Shown one piece after another: positions 25,579 to 34,101 of a stretch of DNA of 64,000 bases. Made by a program: the position numbers and the translations under genes. The DNA is from Chloroflexota bacterium (GTDB lineage: Bacteria > Chloroflexota > Dormibacteria > CF-121). Numbering within the stretch: position 1 is the first letter of the stretch; each line of letters begins with the position of its first letter. The notes below the pieces were generated by a model, which searched no databases, was not told the DNA's origin, and worked only from the letters and a program-made list of their open reading frames with translations. The DNA is taken from the NCBI GenBank assembly GCA_005881215.1, contig VBDZ01000001.1, positions 2,998-66,997 on the forward strand, in the 5' to 3' direction.

Positions 25579-26378
25579 AGCCCATCACCGCAGAGATTGG
25601 CATCTTCGGTGGGTCCGGCTTCTACGAGTGGCTCGACGCCGGCGACGAGGTCGAGATCGCGACGCCCTATGGGCCACCCAGCGGGTCGATCGCGCTGGCC
25701 GAGGTCGGCGGGCGCAGCGTGGCGTTCCTGCCCCGCCATGGACCCAACCACGAAGTCTCGGCGCCGTTCGTCAACTACCGCGCCAACGTCTGGGCGATGC
25801 ACGAGATCGGGGTGCGACGGATCATCGGCCCATCGGCGGTAGGGAGCCTCAAGCCGGACCTGCACCCCGGAGACCTGGTCATCTCTGATCAGTTCTTCGA
25901 TCGCACCAGCGGCCGGGCGGACACCTACTACCCCGGCCCCGACGTGGTTCACGTCAGCGCCGCCGACCCATATTGTCCGGAGTTGCGCGAATTGGCGGGT
26001 CGCATCGCCGAGCAGCAATCGATGCGCTTCTCGCCGTCGGGAACGGTGGTCGTCGTGCAGGGGCCGCGCTTCTCGACGCGGGCGGAGAGCCGCTGGTTCA
26101 GCCGGATGGGATGGGACATCGTGGGCATGACCCAGTATCCGGAGGTGATGCTGGCCCGCGAGCTGGAGATGTGCTACCTCAACCTGTCCCTCGTCACCGA
26201 CTATGACGCCGGGCTCGAAGGCTCGCCAGACGTCGCGGCGGTGCAGGCCCAGGACGTGATGCGGGTACTGGCGGACAATATTGCCCGGGTCCGCAACCTG
26301 CTCGCGACGCTGATCCCGTTGATACCGATGAGCCCGAGCTGCAACTGCCAGCGATCCCTCGAAGCGGCTCGGGTCTAG
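25575..26378 (+). CDS. mtnP: S-methyl-5'-thioadenosine phosphorylase (PNP family)
   Basis: MTAP/PNP motifs (IGIFGGSG...; VGMTQYPEVMLARELEMCY). GTGA overlap with E1 paralog 2. Confidence 0.85.
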   Translation: MKPITAEIGIFGGSGFYEWLDAGDEVEIATPYGPPSGSIALAEVGGRSVAFLPRHGPNHEVSAPFVNYRANVWAMHEIGVRRIIGPSAVGSLKPDLHPGDLVISDQFFDRTSGRADTYYPGPDVVHVSAADPYCPELRELAGRIAEQQSMRFSPSGTVVVVQGPRFSTRAESRWFSRMGWDIVGMTQYPEVMLARELEMCYLNLSLVTDYDAGLEGSPDVAAVQAQDVMRVLADNIARVRNLLATLIPLIPMSPSCNCQRSLEAARV

Positions 26379-26417
26379 CCCGAGAAAAAGAGAAAGGCCG
26401 AGATTGGGGTCTCGGCC
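26367..26417. terminator. Two tandem hairpins flanking an A-tract at the end of the MTAP operon (orientation ambiguous)
   Basis: CTCGGG-tcta-CCCGAG (26367-26383, includes the MTAP stop codon). A-tract at 26384-26395. GGCCGAGA-ttgggg-TCTCGGCC (26396-26417). On the minus strand the second hairpin is followed by a T-tract. Confidence 0.35.
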
Positions 26418-26542
26418 TTCAAGGAAGGGGAAGCGGGGATCACGATAAATGTGGGGCTGTTAAGGAGCCGTGAAGAGCCGGTAACGGCGCTGTCACGGCT
26501 GTGGATCGAGGCGTGATCAGGCGTGAGCTATAGTCCCCAGCA

Positions 26543-27640
26543 ATGAAGGTGCTGATCACCGGCGGGGCCGGTTTTATTGGTCAGCGCACCGGCCAGCTGT
26601 TCCTCAAGCAGGGGCACCAGGTCACCGTTCTGGACAACCTCTCGCCGCCGGCGCATGACCGGCCGCCGGCGTTGCCCGCCGGGATGGAGCTGGTCGAAGG
26701 CGACATCCGCAAACGCGAAGATTGGGTCAAAGCGCTCAAGGACAACGAGGTCGTGCTGCACCTCGCCGACCACCACGACTACCTGCCGGCGTTCAGCAAG
26801 CTCTTCCACGTCAATGCGGTCGGCACCGCGATTCTCTTCGAGCTGCTGCTCGAAGGCAAAACGTCGGTGCGACGGGTGGTGCTGGCCTCGTCGATGGCGG
26901 TCTACGGCGAGGGGAAATACCGCTGCGGCAAGGACGGCGATGTCTATCCGCAGCCGCGCCGGGTGGATGCGCTCGAGCGCGGCGTCTGGGATCCGCCCTG
27001 CCCGATTTGCGGCGGCGCCGTGACCCCCATGGTCACCGATGAATCGGTGGCGCGCCCGACCAGCGCCTACGGCCTGAGCAAGCTGGCCCAGGAGGAACTG
27101 GTCCGGTTGCTGGGGGAGCGCCATGGGATCGAGTGGGTGATCCTCCGCTACGGGGCGGTCCAGGGCCGAGCCCAACCGTTTCAGAATGCGTACTACGGGG
27201 CACTGCGGATTTTTGCCCTGCGTCTTTACCATCATCAACCGCCGCTGCTGCTGGAAGACGGCAACCAGCTGCGCGATTTCGTCGACGTCGATGATGTGGC
27301 ACGAGCGAACCTGGCGGCGCTCAGCGACCTCCCCACGGGGGCCTACAACGTCGCCAGCGGCCGGGCGCATACCGTGATGGACCTCGCCCGCACCCTGTTG
27401 CGCGCCGCCGACAGCGCCATGACACCGGAGACGCCCGGCCGATACCGGGTCGGTGACGCGCGGCACGCCGTGCCCGACGTTAGCCGGCTGAAAGCCACCG
27501 GCTGGGACGCGCAGTCGGGCCTGGAGGCGATGACGAGGGAGTATTGGCACTGGCTGCACGAGCAACCCAACCTCGACTCGTATTTCGAAGGCGCCGAATA
27601 CCTGATGGAGCGCACCGGGACCGTTCGCGTGGCTCGATGA
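26543..27640 (+). CDS. NAD-dependent epimerase/dehydratase (extended SDR, UDP-sugar 4-epimerase-like)
   Basis: GGAGFIG Rossmann motif and YxxxK catalytic motif (YGLSK). A Cys-containing insert (YRCGKDG...PPCPICGG) is atypical for this family. Confidence 0.8.
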   Translation: MKVLITGGAGFIGQRTGQLFLKQGHQVTVLDNLSPPAHDRPPALPAGMELVEGDIRKREDWVKALKDNEVVLHLADHHDYLPAFSKLFHVNAVGTAILFELLLEGKTSVRRVVLASSMAVYGEGKYRCGKDGDVYPQPRRVDALERGVWDPPCPICGGAVTPMVTDESVARPTSAYGLSKLAQEELVRLLGERHGIEWVILRYGAVQGRAQPFQNAYYGALRIFALRLYHHQPPLLLEDGNQLRDFVDVDDVARANLAALSDLPTGAYNVASGRAHTVMDLARTLLRAADSAMTPETPGRYRVGDARHAVPDVSRLKATGWDAQSGLEAMTREYWHWLHEQPNLDSYFEGAEYLMERTGTVRVAR

Positions 27641-28182
27641 CCCAGGGCGGGACCCGCCGCTTTCCAATTCGCTACTCGATTCAACGGTGGAAAGACGGCA
27701 TCTGGTTCTACGGCAGCTTCTTCGTCATCCTGGTGGTGCTGGTCGTCGTCAAGCTGTTCACCAACCAGCCGATCATCTCCTTCATTCCGGTGCTGGTGCT
27801 CGACGGCGGCATCCTTGTCGTCTTCTGGCTGATGCGGCTCTCCTCTTACGTCGAAATGTCTGACGAGGGGTTGCGCGTTCGCTACCTGCTGCGGCGCCTG
27901 GACCTTCCCTACACCGCCGTCTCCCGCGTCCGGCGCCAGCCGCTGGAGGTGGCGTTCCAGCCGGCCGAGCGACGACGGTTCGTCAACCGCTTCGTCCGGC
28001 GGCTGGCCCGCGAGCCCGCCGTCTACATCCGGCTCGACCGCCGGCAGGACAACCTGGTCGAGCAGGCCGAGCGGCGGCTCGGGCCACGCTTCGTGGCCGG
28101 CGCCGACGTCGTCGTCCCCATCCTCGAGGCCGACGCATTCGTCAACGAGGTGAAGGGCCGGCTTCGCGGATCCGCCGGCTGA
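27637..28182 (+). CDS. Bacterial PH-domain (bPH_2-like) membrane protein
   Basis: Two TM helices followed by a ~100-aa soluble domain. ATGA overlap upstream and TGATG overlap downstream. Confidence 0.55.
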   Translation: MTQGGTRRFPIRYSIQRWKDGIWFYGSFFVILVVLVVVKLFTNQPIISFIPVLVLDGGILVVFWLMRLSSYVEMSDEGLRVRYLLRRLDLPYTAVSRVRRQPLEVAFQPAERRRFVNRFVRRLAREPAVYIRLDRRQDNLVEQAERRLGPRFVAGADVVVPILEADAFVNEVKGRLRGSAG

Positions 28183-29825
28183 TGGGCATCGATGCGCCCG
28201 TCGTCGCCGCGCGGCCCAGGGCGGCGCGGAGGTCGAGAGCGGCCTGGTGGCGGATCGAGCGCAACGATCTCTACTGGCTGATCGCGCTCACGCTCGTCGC
28301 CGGCATCCTGCGGTTCGGCAGTCCGATCTTTCTCGACATCTTCGCTCACCCCGGAACCGCGGCGCCGATCAGCGCCTGGGGGATCGGGCACAACTACCAG
28401 GATCCATCGCTACCCGGGTTGGGCAAGCCGAACGACATCGCGCCCAACTCACCCTTCGTTTTCGACGAGCTCTATTTCGCCAACGATGCGCACAAGGACC
28501 TGCTCGGCCAGGACTATTTCGATCCCGAGCCGCCGCTGGCCAAGCTGATCATCGCCATCGGGATCAAACTGTTCGGCTTCAACTCCTTCGGCTGGCGGTT
28601 CATGCCGGCGCTCTTCGGCACGGCGCTGATTCCGCTGATTTACCTGCTCGCCCGGCAGTTGCTCGCGGTGCGATTCTTCGCCGTCGCCGCCGGCGTGTTG
28701 GCGGCGTTCGACGGCTTGACCTTCGTCGAAGCGCGCACGGCCGTCATCGACATCATCCCGATCACGTTCGTGGTGCTGGCCTACCTGCTCTTTCACCTCC
28801 ATCTGAACGCCGACACGGTGTGGCGGCGACGCTGGATGATCATTGCCACCGGGGTCGTGCTGGGGCTGGCGATCGGCTCCAAATGGACGACGCTCGCCGC
28901 CTACGGCACCATCATCGTGATCCTGGTGTTTCGGTTGACCGTGCGCTGGACCCGCTATGACCGGAGCACCGGCGCCATCGCCTTGCTCAGCCTCGCCCTG
29001 CTGCCGGCCATTTTCTACGGGCTGTCCTTCATCAGGTACCTCACCATCACGCACGACATCACCCACCTGTCGCAGCCGGCGCTGTCGTTTGCGCCCTTCC
29101 ACCTCGACCTCGGTTCGGCCTGGACCGAGCTGCGCGAGTGGCACTGGCAGACCTGGCACTACCACGTCACGCTGACCGCGCCCCATATCTTCTACAGCCC
29201 CTGGTGGTCGTGGCCGCTCGACTTCCGCCCGGTCGTCTACTACTACACCAACCAGGGGCTGGGCATCGATCAGTCGACCGGGTCCGCGCTGGTGGCGGAG
29301 ATCTTCAACCTGGGCAACCCGCTCACCTGGTGGGCGGCGAGCGCGGCGTTGATCGGCCTCGTTGTCGGGCTCCCGGCGTTGATCAAGGACTACCGCGTCC
29401 GGCACCAGCTCGACACGGAAGCGGTGGTGCGTCGCGACCTCGCCGGGGCCGTCGACCAGCGGCTCTACACCACGATCTTCATCCTGGTGGCCTTCGCCGC
29501 CGCCTGGCTGCCCCTGTCGCGCGTTCCCCGCGGCCTCTTCCTCTACCACATGCTGGGCGGGTTGCCGGCGATGTTCCTGGCGCTGGGCCTGGCGCTCACC
29601 TATCTCCGGTCGCGGCGCGGCGCGCTGCCCGGGATCGCGATGCGGCTCAGCGGCGCGGTGCCTGCCTATGCCTCTTTGCTGATGGTGATCGCGTTCTTCG
29701 TCTATTTCTATCCGCTCTGGACCGGGCTGCCCATGACCTCGGACGCCCTCAACAGTCACGTCTGGTTCGTGTTCATCAAGCCCTGGCCCAACTGGTGTCT
29801 TTGCTACTGGACCTCCCCGGGCTAG
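28182..29825 (+). CDS. GT39-family (PMT-like) polyprenol-phosphate-sugar-dependent glycosyltransferase
   Basis: PMT family N-terminal loop-1 region (DE motif context FVFDELYFANDAHKDL); 10-12 predicted TM helices. Confidence 0.75.
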   Translation: MGIDAPVVAARPRAARRSRAAWWRIERNDLYWLIALTLVAGILRFGSPIFLDIFAHPGTAAPISAWGIGHNYQDPSLPGLGKPNDIAPNSPFVFDELYFANDAHKDLLGQDYFDPEPPLAKLIIAIGIKLFGFNSFGWRFMPALFGTALIPLIYLLARQLLAVRFFAVAAGVLAAFDGLTFVEARTAVIDIIPITFVVLAYLLFHLHLNADTVWRRRWMIIATGVVLGLAIGSKWTTLAAYGTIIVILVFRLTVRWTRYDRSTGAIALLSLALLPAIFYGLSFIRYLTITHDITHLSQPALSFAPFHLDLGSAWTELREWHWQTWHYHVTLTAPHIFYSPWWSWPLDFRPVVYYYTNQGLGIDQSTGSALVAEIFNLGNPLTWWAASAALIGLVVGLPALIKDYRVRHQLDTEAVVRRDLAGAVDQRLYTTIFILVAFAAAWLPLSRVPRGLFLYHMLGGLPAMFLALGLALTYLRSRRGALPGIAMRLSGAVPAYASLLMVIAFFVYFYPLWTGLPMTSDALNSHVWFVFIKPWPNWCLCYWTSPG

Positions 29826-29830
29826 CGCTC

Positions 29831-31759
29831 GTGGCCGGCTGCCTGGTCCTCGGCCTGGGCCTGGCCGCCGGCGGGCCGCCCTGGCTGTTGGCGGGGGAGC
29901 GGCTGGTGATCGGCATCGTGGTCGCCGTCGTGGCGTTGACCGTGGTCGGATACCTGCTGGCGCTGCTGATCGGGGTGACGGTCGGCCTGGTTCTCGTGCT
30001 GGCCGCGATCGGGTGGCTGTCCGGGGGCGTGTTGATCAGCCGGCAGCTTCCGCGATTGCGCCAGAATATCGGGCCGGCGTCATGGGGGGTGCTGGCCGCC
30101 GTCGCGCTGGTGGCCCTGGCGATGGGTTATTTGTTCACCCGGGCGGTCGAGGTCACGCCGGACGCCTGGCTCGCCCACTACAACAACACCTGGTCGGACT
30201 GGGCGTTCCACGCCAGCGCCGCCACCGGCTTTGCCTACGGCCAGAACCTGCCGCCGCAGAATCCGCTGTTCGCGGGGACGCCATTCCGGTATCCCTTCGC
30301 TCCCGATTTCGCCAGCGCCCTGCTGATCGCCGGCGGCTGGGGCATCCCGGCCGCCTTGATCTGGCCGAGCTGGGCGATGACGGTGCTCGCGCTCAGCGGC
30401 TTGATCCTCTGGGCCCGGCGTCTGACCGGTGGCATCGCCGCCGGGGTGATCGCGGTCACGTTGACCCTGCTGGGTGGTGGGCTCGGGTTCCTCCTCTTCT
30501 TCGGCGATGCCGCGCGGCTTGGCTTGACCACCGCGCTGACCCACATTCCGCAAACCTACGACCGCCCGCAGGTGGGCGTCCACGACCCGCTCGCCAACAT
30601 CCAGTGGTACAACCCGATCCTTTCTTACTACCTCCCGCAGCGGTCGTTCGTCTTCGGCGCCGCCATCGTGATGGCGGTCTTGCTGCTGCTGACCCCCGGC
30701 CTGCAGCTCACGCCCTTCTTCGATTGGGGTCCGACGCTGACAACTATCCGGCGGTCATGGCGACGGTGGGCGCTCAAGAGCGAAGCCGTCGCCTTCATCG
30801 TCGCGGGAGCCCTGGCCGGCCTGCTGCCGCTGTTCCACATTCACAGCCTCGTCGTCATCGGCCTCGTCGCCGGTTGCTGGGCGCTGCTGTTTCCTCGGCC
30901 CGCCTGGATTGGTTTTTTCACGGTCATGCTCGTCGTGGCGGTGCCGCGCTTGTTGATGGCAGTCCCCGGTGACCCGGGGGCGCCGCCGGAACATCAGTAT
31001 CCCCGCTGGCTGATCGGCTGGATGTCGGGGACGGATTTTCCGCCGTGGTTCTGGATCAAGAACACCGGGCTGTTCTGGCCGTTGCTGCTGCTCGCCCTGC
31101 TGAGCCCGCTGGCGCTCACCCGCCGGGCACGGCTGTTGATCGCCCCCTTCAGCGTGGTGTTTGTGGTCGCCAACCTGATCAAGTTCCAGCCGTGGGACTG
31201 GGACAACAGCAAGCTCCTCGTTTTCTGGTACCTGGCCAGCGCCGTGGCCGTTGGAGCCCTGCTGCTTCGGATCTGGCGGGCAACGGTCGTTGGAGTAATC
31301 GGAGCCTCGATCGTGTGGCTCACCCTGGTCGCCGCCGGCGCGCTCTCGCTGCTCCAATTCCTGCCGCCGCAGGGGCCGGCCTATGTGTGGTTTTCTGCCG
31401 AGGATGTCCAGCTGGCCGCCCAGGTTCGGCAGGCCACGCCGGCGAAGGCGATCTTCGTCACCGGTGAGCAGCCGAACAATCCCATCGCCGATCTGGCCGG
31501 CCGGTCGGTGTTGATCAGCTATCCGGGCTGGCTCTGGAGCCAGGGCGTCAACTACTCACGGCGCGAGGACGACCTGCGCCGCATCTATCGAGGTGGCGAT
31601 GTAGCGCTGCGGCTGCTGCATCAATACCATGCCGACTACCTCATGGTCGGTCCGAACGAGATGGCGACGCTGAGCCCCAATCTCGATTACTTCAACAGCA
31701 CCTTTCGGCTCGTGATGCGCACCGCGAATTACCAGGTGTTCGCGGTGCCGTCAGGTTGA
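29831..31759 (+). CDS. Large polytopic membrane protein (642 aa) with C-terminal soluble domain; probable GT-C-type glycosyltransferase paralog
   Basis: At least 12 hydrophobic helices. GTG start immediately after the GT39 stop. The listed 873-aa ORF N-terminus is an alternate frame of the GT39 gene. Confidence 0.6.
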   Translation: MAGCLVLGLGLAAGGPPWLLAGERLVIGIVVAVVALTVVGYLLALLIGVTVGLVLVLAAIGWLSGGVLISRQLPRLRQNIGPASWGVLAAVALVALAMGYLFTRAVEVTPDAWLAHYNNTWSDWAFHASAATGFAYGQNLPPQNPLFAGTPFRYPFAPDFASALLIAGGWGIPAALIWPSWAMTVLALSGLILWARRLTGGIAAGVIAVTLTLLGGGLGFLLFFGDAARLGLTTALTHIPQTYDRPQVGVHDPLANIQWYNPILSYYLPQRSFVFGAAIVMAVLLLLTPGLQLTPFFDWGPTLTTIRRSWRRWALKSEAVAFIVAGALAGLLPLFHIHSLVVIGLVAGCWALLFPRPAWIGFFTVMLVVAVPRLLMAVPGDPGAPPEHQYPRWLIGWMSGTDFPPWFWIKNTGLFWPLLLLALLSPLALTRRARLLIAPFSVVFVVANLIKFQPWDWDNSKLLVFWYLASAVAVGALLLRIWRATVVGVIGASIVWLTLVAAGALSLLQFLPPQGPAYVWFSAEDVQLAAQVRQATPAKAIFVTGEQPNNPIADLAGRSVLISYPGWLWSQGVNYSRREDDLRRIYRGGDVALRLLHQYHADYLMVGPNEMATLSPNLDYFNSTFRLVMRTANYQVFAVPSG

Positions 31760-31778
31760 CAGGACCTAGAATGCACGC

Positions 31779-32120
31779 GTGCTGACGCGGTTCCTGATCC
31801 ACGTCGTGGCGCTGCTCTTCGTGTTCGCCTTCATCTGGCACGTTCACGGAGGCATTCTGTGGGCCGCCGTCGTGATGGCGCTGGTGCTCGCCCTGATCAA
31901 TACCATCATCCGGCCGGTCCTGCTGATCCTGACGCTCCCGGTGACCATCCTGACGCTCGGCTTGTTCGTGCTCGTGCTCAACGCGCTGCTCTTCGCCCTG
32001 TCGTTCGCGGTGCTGCAGGGACTCCTGGGGGTGCACTTCGACGTCGGTTTCTGGCAGATCGTGATCGGCTACGTGGTCTACGTCGTGATCAGCACCGTGC
32101 TGACCAACCTCTTCCGTTAG
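31779..32120 (+). CDS. YvlD / Phage_holin_4_2 superfamily small membrane protein
   Basis: IRPVLLILTLPVTILTLGLFVLVLNALLFAL closely parallels the conserved core of the B. subtilis YvlD family (recalled from memory). Confidence 0.55.
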   Translation: MLTRFLIHVVALLFVFAFIWHVHGGILWAAVVMALVLALINTIIRPVLLILTLPVTILTLGLFVLVLNALLFALSFAVLQGLLGVHFDVGFWQIVIGYVVYVVISTVLTNLFR

Positions 32121-33250
32121 AACGCCCAGTAGCCCCGGCCAAAGGCCAGCCCGAAGACGATCTGCGCCACGAACGCGGCGCCCAGCAGCCCGAGGTAGAT
32201 CCACTGGTTGCGGATTCGCCCCACCAGCAGGAAGAGTGGGTACAGGCTCAGGAGGTAGCGGGGAATGCTCAGCCAGAAGGGAAGAAAGGTCACCATCGCG
32301 GTGAGCACCGTGGCGTAGGCGGCGTCCGACGGGCGCAGCCGCAACCAGCTCAAGGTCGTACTCGCATAGGCGATGATCCCCCCGGCGATCTCGCCACCCC
32401 CGACCGTCAGCTTCTCCCAGGGCACTCGCCAGCTGATGCTGTGGATCGCGGACGCGAGGCCGACCCAGGGTGCCGCCAGCGAGTGTGACCAGTGCTCGCG
32501 CTGGATGGCGACGAACGCGAGCGGGTTGCCCAGCACCAGTGCGTTGGTCATCAGATAGGTCGCCAGCCCGAGGAGGACCAGGAGCGGGGGCACGATCGCG
32601 TGCCAGACCGGACGGAGGACGCGGCGCGCCAGGATCATCTCGATCACGATCACCGGAAGGAGGGCGACGCCGGTGAGACGGGCGGCCGCGGCGAGTCCGC
32701 CGAGCATCCCCGAGGCGGCCCACCGCTGCCGTCGGGCCTGAAGCACCGCGCCGAAGGCGAGGGCGCAGAAGAGTGCCTCGGTGTAGCCGACCATCAGAAA
32801 GTAGGCCGTGGGAAAAACCAGGAAGAAGGCGGCTGCCCTGAAGGCCGCCTTCTCGCGACCATCCGTTCGCGCCAGCTCGTAGAGCACGATCGCCGCCACC
32901 ACCCCGGCGACGTTGCTCACCAGCAGGGCGGCGAGTCGGGCGGGCAGCCCGATGGCGGCCACGGCGCTGATCACGGCGGGATAGAGAGGGAAGAAGGCGA
33001 TCAGGTTCCGGGCATCGCCCGTCGCGCTGTAACCGTGGGTGGCGAGATACAGGTAGTGCGTGGCATCCCACTGGTTCCACTCCCGGCCGAGGGCGGTCAG
33101 GGGATCCGGGCTGGCGCCGTAAGCCACGAGCGTGAGCGCCACCAGGAGAGCTTTGACCAGGATGGCGAGCCCGGCCAGCCGCAGCCAGGGGCGCTGGCGT
33201 TCGGCTCGCGATCGGGGCTCGAGCGAGCTTGGCGTAGGATAGCGAGTCAA
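32117..33250 (-). CDS. Polytopic membrane glycosyltransferase-like protein (GT87/DUF2029-like)
   Basis: About 10 TM helices. I trimmed the start to an internal TTG because the listed start overlaps the divergent IMPase gene by 66 nt; the start remains uncertain. Confidence 0.5.
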   Translation of the reverse strand: MTRYPTPSSLEPRSRAERQRPWLRLAGLAILVKALLVALTLVAYGASPDPLTALGREWNQWDATHYLYLATHGYSATGDARNLIAFFPLYPAVISAVAAIGLPARLAALLVSNVAGVVAAIVLYELARTDGREKAAFRAAAFFLVFPTAYFLMVGYTEALFCALAFGAVLQARRQRWAASGMLGGLAAAARLTGVALLPVIVIEMILARRVLRPVWHAIVPPLLVLLGLATYLMTNALVLGNPLAFVAIQREHWSHSLAAPWVGLASAIHSISWRVPWEKLTVGGGEIAGGIIAYASTTLSWLRLRPSDAAYATVLTAMVTFLPFWLSIPRYLLSLYPLFLLVGRIRNQWIYLGLLGAAFVAQIVFGLAFGRGYWAF

Positions 33251-33273
33251 CGGCGTGCCCGCCGTTTCACTCA

Positions 33274-34101
33274 GTGTCCTCACAAGACTGGCTTCCCATC
33301 TTCCGAGCCATCGCCGCGGAGGTTCGCGCCGCGATCCCACCAGTGGCCGGCACGACGAAAGGTCGACAGGTCGTCGGCAGCGGCGCCGGCGGCGACCAGA
33401 CCATCTACCTGGATCAGGTCGCCGAAGAGATCGTGGTACAGCACCTGGAAAGAGCCTATCGCAGCGGTTTCCGCTTCCGGCTGATCTCCGAGGAACTGGG
33501 CGAGCGGGACTTCGGGGGCGACCCGCTGGTCCTGGTCGATCCGCTGGACGGCAGCTTCAACGCCAAAATGGGATTGCCATACTATGCCGTCGTGCTAGCC
33601 GCCACGCAGGGTGACCGATTTCAGGACGTGCGGCTCGGCTATGTCCAGAACCTGGCCACCGGCGACGAGTTCCATGCCGTGGCGGGCGGTGGCGCCTTCC
33701 GCGACGGTCAGCCGCTGCGCCCGGATCCGCCGCCGTTTGACGGGACGTCCATTCCCCTGGTCCAGGTCGATGCGCCGAGTGGAGTCGACGCCCGGGAGGG
33801 GGCCGGGCCGATCCTCGCCAGGACGGAAAAGACTCGTCAACTCGGGTCCGCGGCGTTGAACCTGTGCCACGCCGCCACCGGCGGCATCGCCCTGCAGGCG
33901 ACACCGGCCCCGGTCCGCGCCTTCGACCTGGCGGGGCCGCTCTTGATCCTGCGCGAGGCCGGCGGGGTGGCCACCGATTTCGCCGGTCGTCCGCTGGAGA
34001 GCGTTTCGGTCCGCCTGGACTCGCGGACGACGTTGCTGGCGTCACTCTCCCCCGCGATTCATGCCTTCGCCCTCGAGCTGCTGGGAGCGCGCGTCTCCTG
34101 A
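33274..34101 (+). CDS. Inositol monophosphatase / FBPase-IMPase family phosphatase
   Basis: IMPase metal-binding motifs (LVLVDPLDGS; region GSAALNLCHAATG). Confidence 0.7.
   Translation: MSSQDWLPIFRAIAAEVRAAIPPVAGTTKGRQVVGSGAGGDQTIYLDQVAEEIVVQHLERAYRSGFRFRLISEELGERDFGGDPLVLVDPLDGSFNAKMGLPYYAVVLAATQGDRFQDVRLGYVQNLATGDEFHAVAGGGAFRDGQPLRPDPPPFDGTSIPLVQVDAPSGVDAREGAGPILARTEKTRQLGSAALNLCHAATGGIALQATPAPVRAFDLAGPLLILREAGGVATDFAGRPLESVSVRLDSRTTLLASLSPAIHAFALELLGARVS

Noticed and set aside
29138-29830. N-terminal 231 codons of the listed 873-aa ORF 29138..31759
   Set aside because: Alternate frame inside the GT39 gene (Arg/Pro/Gly-rich). The membrane protein most plausibly starts at the GTG at 29831, right after the GT39 stop.
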